Assembly: GCA_963850905.1 (NCBI GenBank)
Contig: CAWKMU010000004.1
Location: 448,001-512,000, forward strand
Direction: 5' to 3'
Length of the DNA stretch: 64,000 nt
Origin: an uncultured Gemmatimonadales bacterium
GTDB taxonomy: Bacteria; Gemmatimonadota; Gemmatimonadetes; Gemmatimonadales; Gemmatimonadaceae
Positions 1-10,649 of the stretch are shown piece after piece; position 1 is the first letter of the stretch, and the number at the start of each line of letters is the position of its first letter. A program made the translations under genes and the position numbers. Below the pieces are notes generated by a model. That model did no database searches. It was not told the DNA's origin and saw only the letters and a list, made by a program, of their open reading frames with translations.

Positions 1-210
1 ATGGAGATGCCGTCCCTCAATCGCGCCCGCCGCTTCGCTCCTTGACGTCGTCTGCCTCGCATACGGCCCGATCAGCCTGGTCCCCCGACGCGCCGACCAA
101 GGTCCACTGTTACTCACAGTCTACGAGGAACACTGTGCGCACATTCGAGGCGCGGCGACACGTTCACGAAGCCAGCGGCATGACGACCCACGACGCGGAG
201 GACTCTGGCG

Positions 211-1351
211 ATGCGCCGCTCGACGCAAGTGATCGTTCGTGCCATGTGCGTCGCCCTGGTGACAGTATTGCTCGGCTGCCCGCACGTGCCAACACAATCC
301 GGCGCATTGGCCACCATCGAGGACCCGGCGGTGACCGCGATGCAGCTCAAGCTGCGCGTCTACGCAACCGCTAGCCAGGTGAATGCCGTCATTGAGACCG
401 CAGCCGACAGCATTCGCGCGAAGGGCGCTCTTCCCACGGTTCGCGAACGAGCGCTACTATGGAAGCTGTCGGCCATTCCCGCCGTGGAAGAGGCATCGCT
501 GGAGACTGATCCCACCGTCGCGGCGGTCGACCTCTGGGCATTCTCCGTACAGCAGCGCAACTATTTCGGTACTGGCGACGGGCGCGACGCATTCGGCTCG
601 TTTGAGCACATCGCGATTGCTGCCGCGGATACGATCGAGGGCGTTGTTCGGGCGCTGATTGCCGGCATTCGCACGACGAACACGATTGCGCCAGCGGCGG
701 ACGCCCGAGTAGAGGCCTGGGCGGCACAGCACCCGATCTACGGGCCGGCAATGCATCGTGAGTCCGTCCTTGCCTCGGATTGGCAGGCGCTCGGGGTACA
801 CTCGCAGAGCCTCGGGAGCGCGGTCGCCAGAGTGGAACAGTCGCTCACAGACGCCAACCAACGACTCGGGTACATGAACGAAGGGTTGCTCGACCGCGTG
901 ACGTGGCAGGCACAACTGGCAGCAAGCACCGCGCCGGTGACCGACCGCCTGGACACCCTCGCCGGCGACGTGTCCATCGCCATGCGGCGAATCGCTGTAT
1001 TCGCGACCGGCGCGCCATCGAGATTCGAGGAGGAGCGGCGTGAGCTGTTCGCCGCTATCGATGGGGAACGTGCGCGAGTGTTCGAGTCGATCACCGCGCA
1101 GCGAGTGGCTATCGCGGACGACTTACGCACCGGACGGCAAGCGGTCTTCGACGACCTGCGGCGGGAGCGAGTCGCAACTCTCGTTCAGGCCGATAGCATC
1201 ACGCAGCAGTCCATCGACCGCGCGGATGCCGCAGCGCGTCGACTCGCGCGCGACGTCGCCCTGTTAGCTGGCCTCGCTGATCGTCCTCGCCGGCGTCGTC
1301 GCCGATGTCGTCGTCACTCGCGCCAGCAGACGGAGGGCCGTGCACGCCTGA
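211..1351 (+). CDS. Hypothetical lipoprotein with coiled-coil region and C-terminal membrane anchor (probable frameshift near 1277)
   Basis: Lipobox-like LLGC after a hydrophobic stretch. After ~1277 a shifted frame reads LIVLAGVVADVVVTRASRRRAVHA* (TGA 1349-1351), more plausible than the Arg-rich tail of the track ORF. Confidence 0.6.
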
Positions 1352-1355
1352 CCGT

Positions 1356-1436
1356 CGGAGCAGCAGTTCGTTGGCTTCTCGGCGGAGCTGCAGTTCGCTC
1401 GCTTCTCGGCGCAGCTGCAGTTCGTTGTCTTCGTGG
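1356..1436. repeat. Three imperfect 27-bp tandem repeats (CGGAGCTGCAGTTCGYTSGCTTCTCGG-like)
   Basis: Read directly between convergent genes. Confidence 0.7.
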
Positions 1437-1499
1437 GGTTGCCCTTCGTCTATTTTCTACTTTCTGTAGTTCTACTCTCTAGCGCGAGCGAAGCAAGCG

Positions 1500-2948
1500 C
1501 TACGGGCCCCCGGCGAGTCGGAACCCGACGATGAGTGTCGCGGCGGTGTAGCCGACCTTGGCGCCACCGGGGACGATCGGGATGCCGCTCGACGTCGTTC
1601 CAGCGGTGGACGATTCCGTGTACGAGCCAAACGCAATGTCACCACCGAGCACAAATTGCGAGCCCGCGAGCCCCCACGACGCCCCGGCGGTCACATGCAC
1701 GAGATTCCATTGGGCAAGCAAAGCGTTGTTCTCATCCGGTGCGCCGATCGCGCTGTTGTCGGTGCGAAAACTCGCGTAGCCCGCTACCGTGGTGCCGAAC
1801 CGGTGCTTGACTCCAAGGCCGCCATTCACCACCGACTTGAGTTGCTCATCCACCGTGCCGGTCAGTGGCGGGCCGCCGGTCGCCGGTGTGAGCGGCAGCG
1901 GCGACAGGATCGAGTATTGGTCGACGGAGCCGAACCACTCGCCTGACACGTACAGCGTCGTCGCAGTGTGTGGGGGCCCCCAGCTGTAAGATCCGCCCGC
2001 GCCGATCGCGAATGGCGAGTTGATCGTGGAGGACAGGTTTTGCTGATAGCCGATTGCAATGCTGGGAGCTGTCGGGCCCGTGCCGCTTACGCCTTGGTTG
2101 ATGGTGGTCAACGTGCGGCCGACCGAGCCGCTGCCGAACAGATTGGCCCGGGGCGTGGTGATGACGAGCCCCGCAGTGAAATTGGGGTACACGATCCCGA
2201 GCCCGACCTTGGCCAGCAGGCCCCAGTTCGTGTAGCTGAAATCGGCCTCGCGAAGGTCGACGCCGCCAGCACCCGATGTGCCGAGTGCCGCCGCGAGCCC
2301 TGAAAAGTTGGCCGTTTGGCTGTGGACGGTGACGTACGGCGTGATGCCAAGGCCAATGTGTTCGTTGAACGGGTGTGAATACGTGATCCCCCCCCAGTAT
2401 TCCTCCATGTGCTGGTTCAGGATCAAACTGGCGGAGCCATAGCTGAGCTGCGGGCTGTCGATCGCCGAGTCGATAGGCAGGTTGCGTCCCTGAATCTGCG
2501 CGTCCAGTCGCTGGCGGGTCAGAAAGGAGTAAGCCAGGCGATCGTGTCCATGGAGGTGGATCTCGCCCGCAAACAGTGTGGGGACGCCGACGACCGACGA
2601 CGACCCGAGATTCTGCTTCGGCCCAAGGCCATTCACATAGCTGATCGATGAGAATTGATATGCGCTTCCCGCGATCGCGAGCCCCTTGTTGGTACTCAGC
2701 GAGAGCGAGCCGGGATCATAGTAGGTCGTCCCGATGTCGACCGGACTGCCAATAACGACGCCGCCGAGGAGTTGCGCCTCCGTCCCGTACGCGATGTTCC
2801 AGTATTGCGCGTCCTGCGCAGACACGATACGAGGCATGGCACTGCCGGCCAACGCCGCGAGCAGGACCCAGCGTCCACATCGCAGAGCACGCGTCACCAC
2901 CACATGCTGTCGACGTCGGACAGCCCTGACCAGTCGACTTAGGTCCAT
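1500..2948 (-). CDS. Outer-membrane beta-barrel, FadL/OmpP1-like
   Basis: Signal peptide ending VSAQ, hatch-like G..A.LLGG...YYDPGSL segment, amphipathic beta strands, C-terminal LIVGFRL. Confidence 0.6.
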   Translation of the reverse strand: MDLSRLVRAVRRRQHVVVTRALRCGRWVLLAALAGSAMPRIVSAQDAQYWNIAYGTEAQLLGGVVIGSPVDIGTTYYDPGSLSLSTNKGLAIAGSAYQFSSISYVNGLGPKQNLGSSSVVGVPTLFAGEIHLHGHDRLAYSFLTRQRLDAQIQGRNLPIDSAIDSPQLSYGSASLILNQHMEEYWGGITYSHPFNEHIGLGITPYVTVHSQTANFSGLAAALGTSGAGGVDLREADFSYTNWGLLAKVGLGIVYPNFTAGLVITTPRANLFGSGSVGRTLTTINQGVSGTGPTAPSIAIGYQQNLSSTINSPFAIGAGGSYSWGPPHTATTLYVSGEWFGSVDQYSILSPLPLTPATGGPPLTGTVDEQLKSVVNGGLGVKHRFGTTVAGYASFRTDNSAIGAPDENNALLAQWNLVHVTAGASWGLAGSQFVLGGDIAFGSYTESSTAGTTSSGIPIVPGGAKVGYTAATLIVGFRLAGGP

Positions 2949-3067
2949 TGTACGTAATCCATCACCGCTTCGTCGCATTGGGGATCCGTGATCGACTTCG
3001 CAGCACCGTCCCTACCACGATCTCTCGACGCACCACATCGGTTCGTCTTCCACCATCCAGTGTCTAT

Positions 3068-3116
3068 CGTCCAACGTCTAGCGTCCAGCGTCTAGCGTCC
3101 AGCGTCTAGCGTCCAA
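3068..3116 (+). repeat. Heptamer tandem array (CGTCYAR)x7
   Basis: cgtccaa cgtctag cgtccag ... read directly. Confidence 0.9.
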
Positions 3117-3255
3117 CTCAAGCATTCACCACGACCATGGTCCTTGGTCCAATGTCTCACACCAATTGCGGTCTGCTAATTAGCCGCAACGCAGTGGCGG
3201 AGTGAGCCGGTTTAGAAACACAGCAGCTTCGATGACGGTCGGCAGGAGGAATACC

Positions 3256-4392
3256 GTGGCGTTCAACCTGCTCGAATCAGTGTCGGACCTCACGAGCAAT
3301 GGATTTCCGGCTGCGGCAGCGCGATTCCTCGGAGAAACACCGGCGGCGACGAGAGCCGCGTTAGGCTACGTCTCGCCGGTCGTTGTCGCTGGCATCGCTC
3401 GACAGAGCCTCACCACGGAGGGTGCATCCGACGTCCTGGAGAGCCTCTCCTCGGCACCCGGCCTCGCGGATCTCCCCGATGCCAGTACGGTACTGAGTGG
3501 TGGGAGTCGAACGACCGGCCTGATCGCGCAGGGCACAGCGCTCGCTCGGCGATGGTTCGGCGACCGTGTCCAGTGGGCCGCCGGCAGCGTTGGTTCGCTG
3601 GCGAAGGTCAAGTCGGAATCGGCCTTGACACTGTTCTATCTCATGGTGCCACTCACACTGGCGTGCCTCAAGGAGCACATTGAGGGCGGCACCCAGGATG
3701 TCACCGAGCTCCAGCAGACTCTGGAGAGTCAATTCGCATGGGTCCAGGCGAGAATGGACCCCCGCGTCGCGGCGGCCGCAAAGCTTCGCAATGCTGGACT
3801 CGCTCGCGAGCCCGCGCCGAAACGACAACCATCGATTCGACCGATTCGTCCAGAGCGGCGTGAAGGCGAGACCGGGAGGTTCATTACACTGTCAGCCTTC
3901 GTGCTGGCCGCCCTGTTGCTGTTCGCGTTCCTCCGCGGACGCGCGACGAGTGCGGCCTCACACCCCGCACCGGCGTCCCCGCTGGTCGCCAGCACCGCGG
4001 CGCGCTTGGACCCGCACACGCGAGAAAACACGAGCACCACAAAGAGTGTCGCGACAGGTGAGGTGGCGTCGAGTGCCGCCGGCCTGCCAGTGATCGTACA
4101 CTTTGACGTGTCGTCAGCGGCGCTGTCGGCGGCCGATGAACAATCCGTCACGACGTTGGCCGACAAACTCACGCGCGACGGCACGCACATCGACATCACC
4201 GGGTACACCGATCAGACGGGCGGTCGGTCGTCAAACATCGCACTGGCGCGGCGTCGCGCTGTCACGGTGCACGATGCGCTCGTCGTCGCTGGCGTCCCGA
4301 CCAACCAGATGACGATGCGACCTCCCGCCGAGGTCGCGGACAGCGGCCCCGCGGAAGACGCGCGCCGCGTCGAGATTACGCTCGCGCCCTAG
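3256..4392 (+). CDS. DUF937-like N-terminal domain + TM + OmpA-like peptidoglycan-binding domain (paralog 1)
   Basis: GTG after AGGAGG. C-terminal motifs VHFDVSS, ITGYTD, N..LA.RRA..V, RRVEI. Confidence 0.85.
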   Translation: MAFNLLESVSDLTSNGFPAAAARFLGETPAATRAALGYVSPVVVAGIARQSLTTEGASDVLESLSSAPGLADLPDASTVLSGGSRTTGLIAQGTALARRWFGDRVQWAAGSVGSLAKVKSESALTLFYLMVPLTLACLKEHIEGGTQDVTELQQTLESQFAWVQARMDPRVAAAAKLRNAGLAREPAPKRQPSIRPIRPERREGETGRFITLSAFVLAALLLFAFLRGRATSAASHPAPASPLVASTAARLDPHTRENTSTTKSVATGEVASSAAGLPVIVHFDVSSAALSAADEQSVTTLADKLTRDGTHIDITGYTDQTGGRSSNIALARRRAVTVHDALVVAGVPTNQMTMRPPAEVADSGPAEDARRVEITLAP

Positions 4393-4637
4393 TATCACGC
4401 GACGAGAGGGCACGGATCGAGCCGGTCCCAGCGGCCGCGCCAATCCGCTTCGCTGTTCCATCGTCCCGAGTCCGCGGCTCGCGGCCGTTGCCCCCACATG
4501 ACCAAGGTCACATAGGCGTTCCTATGCGGTCCCTATAGGGTACGGACTGCAGGCCGATTGCCTGACACCGGAGCGAACCTCATTCACACCCTTTGTCCGG
4601 CGTCTGCACCAGCGCGCGGAGAGCATCCTAACCCCAT

Positions 4638-4889
4638 ATGGGCACAATCATCTACTGGCTCATCATCGGACTGATCGCGGGGGTCATTACCGGCAAAGTG
4701 ATGCATTCACCCGGTCGCGATCTGTTCAGTGACATGATCGTCGGCATTCTCGGGGCAATCATCGGCGGCTTCCTGATGCAATTGATCGGGTTCTCGTTCT
4801 CCGCGGGATTCATTTACAACATTCTCGTAGCAATCGCCGGAGCCGTGATCCTGACGTGGGTGTATCGGAAGATCAAGGCGCGCGCGTGA
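4638..4889 (+). CDS. GlsB/YeaQ/YmgE family membrane protein
   Basis: 83 aa, three hydrophobic segments, WLIIGLIAG...GILGAIIGG...AIAGAVIL pattern. Confidence 0.9.
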   Translation: MGTIIYWLIIGLIAGVITGKVMHSPGRDLFSDMIVGILGAIIGGFLMQLIGFSFSAGFIYNILVAIAGAVILTWVYRKIKARA

Positions 4890-4934
4890 AGCGTCGCGGA
4901 TGACACGCGCCTCTTCTTGTCTTGGGAGGACCGT

Positions 4935-5744
4935 ATGCGACTCCGATTCGCGTCTTCCATAGTAGCGCTCGTCGCCGTTGCGGCCCTCTCGGGGGCGGCA
5001 TTGGCACAGGCGTCCGCAATCCTATGTAAGGATGGGACAACCTCGACCACGACCGGCCAAGGAGCGTGCTCGCACCACGGTGGCGTGGCGAAGACTGCCG
5101 CGGATAGCGCGGCCGCAGGGGTAACCGCGGCGGGCGCAGCGGCCACGCACGCAGCCACGAACGCGACCAACACAGCGACGAACGCAGCGACGAACGCAGC
5201 GACGAACGCAAGCACGCCCGTCACCTGCGCGGATGGCACAACGTCGACCACGACTGGGAACGGCGCGTGTTCACACCACGGCGGTGTGGCCAAGAACGGC
5301 GGGAGTGCTGGTACAGGCGCGGCGGGAAGCGCCGCCGGAACGGCGGCCGCGGGTGGCGCCGCAGCAACCGGCGCCGGTACGGCGGCAAGCGGCGCCAATT
5401 CACTGGTCACATGCAAGGATGGCACGACATTGAATGGCGGGAAGGGCGCCTGCTCGCACCACGGCGGCGTGGTGACGAGCGCCGCTGGCGAGGTGCAAAC
5501 AGTTCCCCCATCGACGCAGACCGCACCACCACCCGCTGCTCAAAATCCGCCGCCGTCGGGTACGGCAAAGGGCACCGGATCATCGACGTCAGGGCAAGCC
5601 ACGGGTTCGTCGTCCCAGCACGAGGACAACAACCCCAACGGCGCGATCGCCCGCTGCAATGACGGGCTCTACTCGCACAGCACGCATCATCAAGGAGCCT
5701 GCTCGGGACACGGCGGAGTTGCGCAGTGGTTGGACCAGCCCTGA
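4935..5744 (+). CDS. Secreted protein with four DUF3761-like CxDG...GACSxHGGV repeats
   Basis: GGAGG RBS, signal peptide, four Cys/His repeats separated by low-complexity linkers. Confidence 0.8.
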   Translation: MRLRFASSIVALVAVAALSGAALAQASAILCKDGTTSTTTGQGACSHHGGVAKTAADSAAAGVTAAGAAATHAATNATNTATNAATNAATNASTPVTCADGTTSTTTGNGACSHHGGVAKNGGSAGTGAAGSAAGTAAAGGAAATGAGTAASGANSLVTCKDGTTLNGGKGACSHHGGVVTSAAGEVQTVPPSTQTAPPPAAQNPPPSGTAKGTGSSTSGQATGSSSQHEDNNPNGAIARCNDGLYSHSTHHQGACSGHGGVAQWLDQP

Positions 5745-5834
5745 GCAGGGGCAGCCACAACCCGGCGCGGCGTGCACCCTCACTCCGCCGCCGCCGCGTT
5801 GCACGACGATTCCAATCATCGACTGGGAGGTCAC

Positions 5835-6350
5835 GTGGGCGTACTGGATGATCTTGGAGGCATTCTCAAGCAGTACTCTGGCGCAGCAGCGACGGCCAAT
5901 CCAGGACCGGCGGTGGCAGAGCACTTTGATCGGGTATCGAGTGCTGTTCCTGCGTCGACGTTGGCAGAGGGCGTCACTCACGCGTTGAGCTCGAGCACCA
6001 CCGGCGGCGGGCTGGGTCAGACGCTGAGCCAGTCGTACACGCAGGGCACTGGAGAGCAGAAAGCCGGGATCCTCAATACGCTCGTTGCTTCGGTTGGCGC
6101 AGCGACCGCGGGCCGCTTCCTCGGATCGTCCGCCTCACAAGCCCTCAACAGCGGATCGCCCCTCTCCCCGCAGCACGCACAACAGATCTCGCCGAACGCC
6201 GTGCAACAGCTGGCCGACCAGGCAGCACAGAGCGACAACTCGGTCGTGAATCGGCTGGGCGCGTTCTACGCACAGCACCCGACGCTCGTCAAAGGCCTCG
6301 GGGCGAGTGCCATGGCGCTGGTGATGTCGAAGCTCGCCAACCGGAGATAG
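5835..6350 (+). CDS. Hypothetical protein (DUF937/YidB-like)
   Basis: GTG after GGAGG. Begins MGVLDDLGGILKQY and ends FYAQHPTLVKGLG..AMALVMSKL. Confidence 0.65.
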   Translation: MGVLDDLGGILKQYSGAAATANPGPAVAEHFDRVSSAVPASTLAEGVTHALSSSTTGGGLGQTLSQSYTQGTGEQKAGILNTLVASVGAATAGRFLGSSASQALNSGSPLSPQHAQQISPNAVQQLADQAAQSDNSVVNRLGAFYAQHPTLVKGLGASAMALVMSKLANRR

Positions 6351-6477
6351 ACCTCGTCTCGTTCCACGAACTGTCCGGCAGCGACCAGAGTGCGCGGTGC
6401 GCTGTCAGCAGTGGTCCGGGCCGTAGAGGTCAGCGGCCAGCCACACAGCCGAACGTCCGGATGTCGGAGGAGTCACA

Positions 6478-7599
6478 ATGGCGCTCAATCTGCTCGAATC
6501 AGCCACCGAGCTTACAGGCAATAACGGATTCACCGCGGCAGCAGCGCGGCTCGTGGGGGAAACCCCGGCCACGACGAAATCCGCGCTCGGATATATGCTG
6601 CCGGCTACCATCGCCGGCCTCGCAAAGCAGACAGAGACGCCCGAAGGCGCCTCTGGCATGATGGAAACTCTCGCGTCTGCTCCGGGCGTCGGCGAGCTGG
6701 GAGATTTCGCCACCCTCGGCAATCGAGCAAACACGCTCGTCTCGTGGGGCGCCTCGTTCTCCAAGCGCATCTTTGGCGACCGCACTCCACCAGTCGCGAA
6801 CGCGGTCGGACAATTGTCGGGCGCGAAACCGGAGTCGGTATCGACGCTCTTCTTCGTCACACTCCCGATGATCCTCGCTTTCCTCAAGCAGCACGTGGCA
6901 GCAAATGGCCTCGACGCCAACGGGCTGCGACAGGTCCTCAATGGGCAACTCAAAGCCGTGCAGCCACGACTCGACCCACGCGTCGCGACGGCCGTTGGCG
7001 TCGCGCCCAGTGCGACATGGGAGCCGTCACGCGAGACGACACGCCCCCCTGCCCCGAGTATTTCGCCCGTCACGACTGAACGACCAAGTGGACTCCGAAG
7101 ACTCGTCCCCTGGGCCGCACTCGCGGCGGCGGCCCTGCTGGTGTTTACGCTCCTGCGCAACCGGCCGAGTGCTTCACCGGCACCGGTGACCGCGGTGGCA
7201 GCGAACACCACTGCGGCGGTCGTGCCCGCAGCGCCCAATACGACCGCGACGGCGTCGCCGGGCGAAGTCGCGCCTGCTGCGACAGCGACACTCCCGCTGG
7301 CCGTCCACTTCGACGTGTCCTCGGCCGAGTTGTCGCCGACCGATCAGCAATCGCTCACCGCACTCGGTCAAGCGATCTCGCAGAACGGAACGCATATCGA
7401 CATCACCGGCTACACTGACCCGACCGGCGACCATGCCAAAAACGTCGAGCTAGCCAAGAATCGAGCGGTGGCAGTTCGCAATGCGCTGGAGGCGACGGGA
7501 GTCCAAGCGGCCCAGATCAATATGAAGCCGCCCGCTGACATCAATGGAGGCGGCAACGCCGACGACGCACGGCGAGTGGACATCACGCAATCGCAGTGA
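6478..7599 (+). CDS. DUF937-like + OmpA-like domain protein (paralog 2)
   Basis: Same architecture as 3256-4392 with clear similarity (NLLES, GETPA.T..ALGY, VHFDVSS, THIDITGYTD). Confidence 0.88.
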   Translation: MALNLLESATELTGNNGFTAAAARLVGETPATTKSALGYMLPATIAGLAKQTETPEGASGMMETLASAPGVGELGDFATLGNRANTLVSWGASFSKRIFGDRTPPVANAVGQLSGAKPESVSTLFFVTLPMILAFLKQHVAANGLDANGLRQVLNGQLKAVQPRLDPRVATAVGVAPSATWEPSRETTRPPAPSISPVTTERPSGLRRLVPWAALAAAALLVFTLLRNRPSASPAPVTAVAANTTAAVVPAAPNTTATASPGEVAPAATATLPLAVHFDVSSAELSPTDQQSLTALGQAISQNGTHIDITGYTDPTGDHAKNVELAKNRAVAVRNALEATGVQAAQINMKPPADINGGGNADDARRVDITQSQ

Positions 7600-7608
7600 T
7601 ACGGCGCC

Positions 7609-7757
7609 GTACGGGCGACGCTATGCGTCGCCCGCCTGGCACCGACCGCACATGGCCGTGGTTCGGCGGGTAGGGCGACGCCCTGCGTCGCCCGCCTGCA
7701 CCGACTGCACGGTGCCTGTGGTTAGGCGGGTAGGGGCGGCGATGCCATGCGTCGCCC
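7609..7757 (+). repeat. Three REP-like palindromes (GTAG-GGGCGACGC..GCGTCGCCC), ~60-bp period
   Basis: Copies start at ~7609, 7670 and 7730. Confidence 0.8.
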
Positions 7758-7763
7758 GCCGTT

Positions 7764-8583
7764 TTACCGGAGCATTCTCGTTGATCTCCCGGTAATTCAC
7801 GGCCGCCGCTGCAAAGGTGAAGGTGCCGTGATCGTGCATCTCGTGGGCGGCGCCAAGAAACGCACCGAGCGCGGCTCGCGAGAGCGCACTGCCGACGCTC
7901 ACCCGCCGCACGCCCAACGCCGACAGCTCGCCCAGGCTCAATTGCACGCCCTGCAATCCCATCACGACGTTCACCGGCTTGTCCACGGACCGAACAACGG
8001 TGGCGATATCCTCGGCGGTCCTGAGCCCCGGTGCATAGAGCACATCGGCCCCTGCTACTTGATAGGCCTGCAAGCGCCGAATTGTGTCGGCCAGGTCTGG
8101 CCGGCCAACGAGATAGTTCTCGGCCCGCGCGGTCAGCGTAAAGGGAAATGGCAAACCGCGCACGACGTCCGCCGCAGCGCACACCCGGTCAACGGCGAGG
8201 CCGTGCGGGTAGATGGAGTGCCTCGCGTCGCGCGACATGTCCTCGATCGAACCGCCGACCAGTCCAGCCACGGCAGCCAATCGGATCGTCTCCGCCGCGG
8301 CCTCCGGCGCATCGCCAAACCCGTTCTCGAGATCGCCGCTTACGGGCAGCTCCGTCGCCGATACGATTGCGGCGCAGTGGCCGATCGCCTCCAAGCGACT
8401 GATGGTGTTGTCCGGCCGCCCGGCCGAGAACGCGTAGCCAGCGCTCGTCGTGGCAAGCGCTTCAAAGCCGAGCATCGCCAGTAGGCGCGCCGTGCCGGCG
8501 TCCCAGGGATTGGGGATGATGAACGCACCGTCTCGCTCGTGCAGCGCACGAAACGTCTGGCCCTTTTCCACCTGCGTCGGCAT
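7764..8583 (-). CDS. Isocitrate lyase/PEP mutase family protein
   Basis: PNPWDAGTARLL, ALATTSAG, DLENGFG, GGSIED, GADVLYAPG. Removing one A near 7776 gives ...INEMLR* with the stop at 7764. Confidence 0.88.
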
Positions 8584-8667
8584 GGGTGCTGCTCCTGCGC
8601 CTCGCGCCTCGAGTCCCAACCGGTACCCACGCCTTCGGTACCCGCCGAGCTGAGGATTGATGTTTGA

Positions 8668-8709
8668 CGTCCAGCGTCCAACGTCCAGCGTCCAACGTCT
8701 ACCGTCCAA
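8668..8709 (+). repeat. Heptamer array (CGTCYAN)x6
   Basis: Read directly. Confidence 0.85.
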
Positions 8710-8770
8710 CCGTCTTCGTCGTCCGCTATGCACACCGCTAACACTCTCGTATAGTATGGGGGTTGGGCGG

Positions 8771-8804
8771 CATTGATACTTCGTGTATCATAGAAGTATG
8801 AATG
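8771..8804. promoter_or_regulatory. Inverted repeat ATACTTC-N10-GAAGTAT overlapping the regulator start; putative operator
   Basis: AT-rich palindrome with CATT/AATG outer arms in the divergent intergenic region. Confidence 0.6.
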
Positions 8805-9505
8805 TCGACCCCGAATCGCACGCAGGCGTCGCCAGTATCGCGGCGGCCATCGGAGAACCCGCTCGCGCCCGGATGCTCTACTGTTTGGTGGACGGTCGTG
8901 CGCGCACGAGTACAGAACTCGCGCTCGTTGCCCACGTCGCCCCGTCGACCGCCAGCGTACACCTGCAGCGGCTGCACGCCGAACGACTGGTGAAGGTCGC
9001 CGCGCAAGGGCGGCATCGGTACTACAGTCTGGACGGCGCCGACGTCGCGGCAACCCTCGAGTCGTTGAGTGTGCTCGCCGGCGAGACCCGAAACCCGTTC
9101 CTGCCGCGCGTCCCGGACCGCCTGCGCGCCGCTCGGACCTGTTACGATCACATCGCGGGCGCACTCGGCGTGTCGCTGCACCAGCGCTTCGAGACGATGG
9201 GCTGGGTCGCTGCCACCCCCAGAAGCGACAACGCCTGCGACGTCACCGCGAGCGGAGTCAACGGGTTCGCCACCCTCGGTGTCGACGTCGATGCGCTCAG
9301 GCGATTGCGCAGGCGCTTCGCCTTCGCGTGCGTGGATTGGAGCGAGCGTCGCCCACATCTGGGCGGTGCGCTCGGAGCCGCTGTTTGCGATGTCGCCCTG
9401 AAACGGAAATGGGTCGTCCAACAACGGGACACGCGAGCGCTGACGATCACGAACTATGGACGTCGGGAAATGCTGGCGCGCCTCGGCCTCCACTCCGACA
9501 TGTAG
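8798..9505 (+). CDS. ArsR/SmtB family winged-helix regulator with C-terminal extension
   Basis: AAAIGEPARARML, STASVHL..L, GRHRYY, ARTCYDHIAG, CVDWSERRPHLGG. Confidence 0.9.
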   Translation: MNVDPESHAGVASIAAAIGEPARARMLYCLVDGRARTSTELALVAHVAPSTASVHLQRLHAERLVKVAAQGRHRYYSLDGADVAATLESLSVLAGETRNPFLPRVPDRLRAARTCYDHIAGALGVSLHQRFETMGWVAATPRSDNACDVTASGVNGFATLGVDVDALRRLRRRFAFACVDWSERRPHLGGALGAAVCDVALKRKWVVQQRDTRALTITNYGRREMLARLGLHSDM

Positions 9506-9584
9506 GGGCGGCCTTTAGGCCGCCCGCTTGGCGTCGCCGGCCCGTTCGGTCTATCCCTGACGGCTGACCCCCGACCCCTGGCCG

Positions 9585-10647
9585 TTACCTGAATTCCTGT
9601 TGCAACTCCTCGAGGGCCGCCGCGCCGGGGCATAGGCGTCTCGAACGGTATCTGCGCCATTGGCACGTCCGATGAGTTGCTCAGCTCGTGCATGTCGGCC
9701 GCCGATTCGTCCAGATAGAGCAGTCCCGTCAGGACTTCCCCCGTCTGCTGGTGTGTCTCCAGGAACGCCGTGACCCGCGCGCGATCCGTTGGGTCGTAGT
9801 GCGGCGGGCACCGACTTGAACCGCACCACGCTGCCATCGTGCAGCGTTACGCTCGTTGCGCCGTTCGACCCGATGTGCGCCAGAATCTCGGTCGCGGGCG
9901 GGACGAAGTCGGCCTCGGTGGTCTTGACCATGTGCTTGCGCGTCTGCACGTAGCTCTTGGTGGAGCCGCTAGTGATCGTTGAACGTCACGCACGGCGAGA
10001 TGACGTCCACCAGCGCAAAGCCGCGATGCGCCACCGCCGCCTTGAGGATCGGGACCAGCTGTTCCTTGTCGCCGGAGAAACTCGCGCGCGACGAACGTCG
10101 CTCCCAACGCTAGGCCCAGCCGAACGGGATCGATCGGACGCCATGCGGTTCGGCTCCCCGCGCTTGCTCTTCGAGCCAACGTCCGCCGAGGCGGAGAACT
10201 GTCCCTTCGTCAGGCCGTAGACGCCGTTGTTCTCGATGACGTACACCATCCGCACATTGCGGCGGATCGCGTGGCACATCTGCCCGAGACCGATGGAGAG
10301 CGAGTCGCCATCGCCCGAAATGCCGATATAGATCAAGATCGCGGTTCGCGGCGTTCGCGCCCGTTGCGATCGCCGGCATCCGCCCGTGAGCCGAATTGAA
10401 CCCGTGCGCGCCGCGGACGAAATAGGTCGGCGTCTTCGACGAGCAGCCGATGCCGCTCAGCTTGGCGATCTTGTGCGGCTCCGTCGACAGCTCCCAGAAC
10501 GCGCGCGTGATCGCGGCCGTGATGGAGTCATGTCCGCAGCCCGCGCAGAGCGTGGACATGCTGCCTTCATAGTCGCGAATGGTCAGCCCCAGCTCGTTGC
10601 GCTGCGAGGCTCGGGTGCGTGGCAATCGGTTTGGTGATTGACGGCAT
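9585..10647 (-). CDS. 2-oxoacid:ferredoxin oxidoreductase beta subunit (several frameshifts)
   Basis: LCAGCGH, SGIGCSS, HGR and GDGD...NNGVYGLTKGQFS TPP motifs spread over frames. Confidence 0.88.
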
Positions 10648-10649
10648 GG

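Noticed and set aside
7621..7763. C-terminal extension of the ICL/PEP mutase ORF
   Set aside because: It reads through the REP array; a one-base correction gives a normal stop at 7764.
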